From the NCBI RefSeq assembly GCF_000012925.1, contig NC_007517.1, positions 2,310,001-2,342,000 on the forward strand: 32,000 bases of DNA, given 5' to 3'. The notes beneath the pieces were generated by a model. That model was not told the DNA's origin and did no database searches. It saw only the letters and a list, made by a program, of their open reading frames with translations. Below, one piece after another: positions 29,231 to 32,000 of this stretch; position 1 is the first letter of the stretch, and the number at the start of each line of letters is the position of its first letter. A program made the position numbers and the translations under genes. This DNA comes from Geobacter metallireducens GS-15. Lineage in GTDB: Bacteria; Desulfobacterota; Desulfuromonadia; Geobacterales; Geobacteraceae.

Positions 29231-31138
29231 TCAGGCAATAGCTCGTTTGTCTTCAGGGACAGGGGCCGGAACCGGTTCGCCGGAAATCTTCCGCACCGCG
29301 CCGAAGCGTGACGGGCAGACGTCCAGGCAGGTTCCGCACTTCGTGCACTTTTCCTGGTCGATGATGTGAATCAGCTTCTTGCCGCCCTGGATCGCCTCGG
29401 CGGGGCACTGCCTGAAGCAGCTGCCGCAGGCCTTGCACTTCTCCGGATCGATATGGAAGGCGATCATCTCCTTGCATGAGAGGGCCGGGCATTTCTTCTC
29501 CCTGATGTGGGCCTCGTACTCATCACGGAAGTAGCGGATGGTGCTGAGGACCGGGTTGGGAGCACTCTTGCCCAGGGCGCAGAGGGCCGCTCCCGTGGAC
29601 TCGGCCAACTCCTCCAGAAGCTCGATGTCCCCCTCTTTCCCCTTGCCGACGGTGATCCTGGTGAGGACCGCCAGCATCTGGCGGATACCCTCCCGGCACG
29701 GGGTGCACTTGCCGCACGATTCGTCCTTGAGGAAGTCGATGAAGTACCGGGCGATGTCCACCATGCAGGTGTCTTCGTCCATGACGATCATGCCGCCGGA
29801 ACCCATCATGGAGCCTGCCTTGGTCAATTCGTCGAAATCCACTGGCAGGTCCAGCATCGCCTCGGGGATGCAGCCGCCGGAGGGGCCGCCGGTCTGAACG
29901 GCCTTGAACTTTTTGCCTCCCGGTATGCCTCCCCCCACTTTCGTGATGATGTCCCTCAGGGTAACGCCCATCGGCACTTCCACGAGGCCGGTATTGGTGA
30001 TCTTCCCCACCAGGGAGAAGATCTTGGTCCCCGTGCTCCCCGCGGTGCCGTACGAGGTGAACCAGTCCGCCCCCTTGGTGATGATCTGGGTAACGTTTGC
30101 CCAGGTCTCTACGTTGTTCAGGACGCTCGGGTGGTCCCAGACCCCCTTGACAGCGGTATGAATGTACTTGGGCCGCGGCTCGCCGGCTCGCCCCTCCAGA
30201 GCCGTCATGAGTGCCGAGGATTCGCCGCAGACAAAGGCGCCGGCACCCATGTGGACCTTGACGGTGAAATCAAAACCCGACCCGAGGATATCCTTGCCGA
30301 CGAACCCGCGCTCACTGGCCTGCCGGATAGCGAGGTTGATGTTCTCGACGGCCAGGGGATATTCCTGGCGGACGTAGATGAACCCCTCATGGGCACCGAC
30401 CGCATAGGCGCCGATGATCAGGCCTTCGAGGATCGAGTGGGGATTCCCCTCGATGAGCGCCCGGTCCATGAAGGCGCCGGGGTCACCCTCGTCGGCGTTG
30501 ACGATCACGTACTTGATCGGGTCCGGGGCATTGCGGGACTCTTCCCACTTGCGCCAGGCGGGGAATCCGCCCCCTCCCCTCCCCCGCAGGTTCGACTTCT
30601 TGATCTCCCCCATCACGTCTTCCGGGGTCATCTGGAAGAGAACCTTGGAGAGGGCCGAGTAGCCGCCGATGGCGAGATAGTCGTCCATGCTCTTGGAATC
30701 GAGCCGGAGGTTCTCGCTGAGGATGTTGCGCTGCTGGTTCTTGTAGAAGGGAATATCCGACTCCCGCAGCGCCCTTGTTCCCGTGGCCGGATCCTCGTAG
30801 AGGAGGCGGTCCACCACCTTTTTCTCCTTGATGGTGTGGGAGACGATCTCGGGTACGTCCTCGGGCTTCACCTTGAGATAGCAGATCCCCTCGGGGTAGA
30901 TCATCACGATGGGCCCGCGTTCGCAAAAGCCGGGACAGCCGGTTCCCTTGGTGTTCACTTCAGTCGTCAGGCCATGGAATTCAAGCTCCGTCTTGAAGGC
31001 CGCGATGACCTCGGCTGCCCCGGAGGCGAGGCAGCCGGCACCGGCGCATACCGAGATGCACGGCTTGGTCGGGTCAATGCGGGAGACGATGTCCTTCCTG
31101 GCACATTCCAATTTTTCAGGGGAGCTTAACCTTGTCAT
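29231..31138 (-). CDS. NuoF/HndC/HydB-like NAD(P)H-binding FMN/Fe-S subunit, with an N-terminal thioredoxin-like [2Fe-2S] domain and a C-terminal 2x[4Fe-4S] domain; BamH-like
   Basis: GRGGGGFPAWRKW (FMN/NADH site), NADEGDPGAF, ESCGKCTPCREG (N3 cluster), C-terminal CKACGSCFRQCP and CTKCGTCLDVCP, and N-terminal CAGAGCLASGA...CPGFCERGP. 635 aa. Confidence 0.9.
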   Translation of the reverse strand: MTRLSSPEKLECARKDIVSRIDPTKPCISVCAGAGCLASGAAEVIAAFKTELEFHGLTTEVNTKGTGCPGFCERGPIVMIYPEGICYLKVKPEDVPEIVSHTIKEKKVVDRLLYEDPATGTRALRESDIPFYKNQQRNILSENLRLDSKSMDDYLAIGGYSALSKVLFQMTPEDVMGEIKKSNLRGRGGGGFPAWRKWEESRNAPDPIKYVIVNADEGDPGAFMDRALIEGNPHSILEGLIIGAYAVGAHEGFIYVRQEYPLAVENINLAIRQASERGFVGKDILGSGFDFTVKVHMGAGAFVCGESSALMTALEGRAGEPRPKYIHTAVKGVWDHPSVLNNVETWANVTQIITKGADWFTSYGTAGSTGTKIFSLVGKITNTGLVEVPMGVTLRDIITKVGGGIPGGKKFKAVQTGGPSGGCIPEAMLDLPVDFDELTKAGSMMGSGGMIVMDEDTCMVDIARYFIDFLKDESCGKCTPCREGIRQMLAVLTRITVGKGKEGDIELLEELAESTGAALCALGKSAPNPVLSTIRYFRDEYEAHIREKKCPALSCKEMIAFHIDPEKCKACGSCFRQCPAEAIQGGKKLIHIIDQEKCTKCGTCLDVCPSRFGAVRKISGEPVPAPVPEDKRAIA

Positions 31139-31147
31139 AAATCACCC

Positions 31148-31600
31148 TTACTCGCAGTTATTCAGCACGGATGCAATCTGGGACGGGGCAATGTTGCCAT
31201 GGTGTTTGCCGTCCACTTCCATAACCGGCCCGAGGGCGCAGCAGCCGAGACAGTTAACGGTTTCGACGCTGAACTTCAGGTCGGAGTCCGTCTCGCCGGA
31301 CTTGACGCCGGTCACCTCCTGCACCGTGTCGAGGACCCGCTGGGCGCCCCGGACGTGGCAGGCAGTCCCCATGCAGACGTGAACCTGATGACGCCCCTTC
31401 GGAACGAGGCTGAAGGCCTTGTAAAACGTGGCAATGTGCGTGATGCGGCTCATGGGCACCTGCAGTCTCTCACAGACTCTTTTCAGCGCCTCCTTGGGCA
31501 ACCAATTGTGCTCGCTCTGGATATCCAGCAGGATCTGTATGAGCGAACTGGCTTCACCGTCATGCTTGTCAATAATCTGGTCTATTCTAGAGATATCCAT
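31148..31600 (-). CDS. NuoE/HoxE-like thioredoxin-fold [2Fe-2S] subunit; BamG-like
   Basis: LIQILLDIQ...WLP, FYKAFSLVPKGRHQVHVCMGTACHVRGA and CLGCCALGPVM (the four Cys of the NuoE cluster). ATG 31600 (MDISRID) has a GGAAGG RBS. The track start 31633 is an upstream extension. Confidence 0.88.
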   Translation of the reverse strand: MDISRIDQIIDKHDGEASSLIQILLDIQSEHNWLPKEALKRVCERLQVPMSRITHIATFYKAFSLVPKGRHQVHVCMGTACHVRGAQRVLDTVQEVTGVKSGETDSDLKFSVETVNCLGCCALGPVMEVDGKHHGNIAPSQIASVLNNCE

Positions 31601-31620
31601 GGTCGCCTTCCTTTTCCTCC

Positions 31621-31765
31621 GAGGCACTTGCAAAACTATTGCGGGTCCGGTCTGCGTTGTTGCCGCTTGCTCGAAAGCTCAACGTACCAACGGGTACGCT
31701 TCACTTCCTCGCTCGCTTGCGCCTAGCATCCCGGCCTCCTCATCACGTTTTGCACGTGCCTCTTC
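31621..31765 (-). repeat. 145-bp element bounded by 16-nt inverted repeats of the GAGGCACNTGCAAA family, abutting the RBS of the NuoE-like gene
   Basis: GAGGCACTTGCAAAAC (31621-31636) and GTTTTGCACGTGCCTC (31750-31765) are complementary at 15 of 16 positions and enclose 113 nt. The arm sequence matches the compact hairpin at 18221-18257. Confidence 0.55.
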
Positions 31766-31788
31766 CGTAGTCCGCATCCGCCTTTGTA

Positions 31789-32000
31789 TCAGGCCAGTGC
31801 GTACCGCTTCAGCTCTTCGTCGAACCTGACCAGCCCGTGCATGGTCGCGCTCTTCAAGTGCCGTGATACTTCAGATGCGTTCATGCCGAGAGTTGTTACG
31901 ATCTCTCCCGTGTTCAGGGGCTTGTCCTGCAGGAGCAGCGTAATCTGGCTCACCGCCAGCTTGTTTGCCACCAGTTCGTCAAAGAGCTTTTTCAGCTCAT
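31789..32000 (-). CDS. C-terminal part of a protein ending in a winged-helix-like segment (partial; N-terminus beyond the window end)
   Basis: The minus-strand frame is open from the window end to the TGA at 31791-31789. It reads ...ELKKLFDELVANKLAVSQITLLLQDKPLNTGEIVTTLGMNASEVSRHLKSATMHGLVRFDEELKRYALA. The TGEIV...LGMNASEVSRHLK stretch looks like a helix-turn-helix. The track's GTG start at 31971 is probably internal. Confidence 0.4.
   Translation of the reverse strand, partial: ELKKLFDELVANKLAVSQITLLLQDKPLNTGEIVTTLGMNASEVSRHLKSATMHGLVRFDEELKRYALA

Noticed and set aside
31621-31765. Sigma54 promoter (GGCAC...TTGCA) or a GEMM-type cyclic-dinucleotide riboswitch in the leader of the NuoE-like gene.
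   Set aside because: GGCAC and TGCAA are directly adjacent rather than separated to give the -24/-12 spacing. I could not find the paired GNRA-tetraloop/receptor hairpins or the conserved ACGCAAAGC-type core of GEMM. The repeated-arm explanation fits better.

Overview
This is a GC-rich, Geobacter-like (deltaproteobacterial) catabolic region. Organism and gene-family assignments are from memory and were not checked against any database. Nearly all genes lie on the minus strand in tightly packed operons.

Together the operons encode a lower, beta-oxidation-like pathway for dicarboxylic/aromatic-derived acyl-CoAs, running roughly from 3-hydroxypimelyl-CoA to acetyl-CoA:
- SDR dehydrogenase, PaaJ/PcaF-like thiolase, crotonase and amidohydrolase (406-4184).
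- IclR regulator plus a tandem hotdog thioesterase (9728-11475).
- sucCD, etfBA and a membrane Fe-S oxidoreductase (11547-17941).
- gcdH, thiolase, [IS], hbd, crotonase and a second paralogous membrane Fe-S oxidoreductase (18262-25592).
- GNAT plus fdhD (25777-27057).
- A NuoE/F/G-like flavo-iron-sulfur module followed by an aminotransferase (27234-31600).

The layout resembles what I remember of the benzoate-induced bam region of Geobacter metallireducens (gcdH = bamM-like, etf = bamOP-like, NuoEFG-like = bamGHI-like). That resemblance is unverified.

The plus strand carries only two things:
- An SLC5-type membrane sensor fused to GAF-PP2C phosphatase. It appears split by a single frameshift near 8540.
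- A 1.16-kb IS110-family element (22048-23207).

The most interesting signals are non-coding:
- The IS sits inside a REP-like palindrome, and an intact, empty copy of that palindrome lies at 15788-15855.
- Its 178-nt left end folds into two similar stem/internal-loop modules. Their loop sequences match the insertion site and the element's own ends, as expected for a bridge RNA.
- Its right end carries a -35 box that would complete a promoter only in a circular form.
- Four operon heads share a roughly 30-nt promoter/operator module.
- A second hairpin family (GAGGCACNTGCAAA) occurs once compact and once as 16-nt arms enclosing 113 nt directly against an RBS.

I saw no CRISPR array, tRNA, rRNA, prophage or defence-like gene set. 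I cannot honestly claim a wholly new system here.
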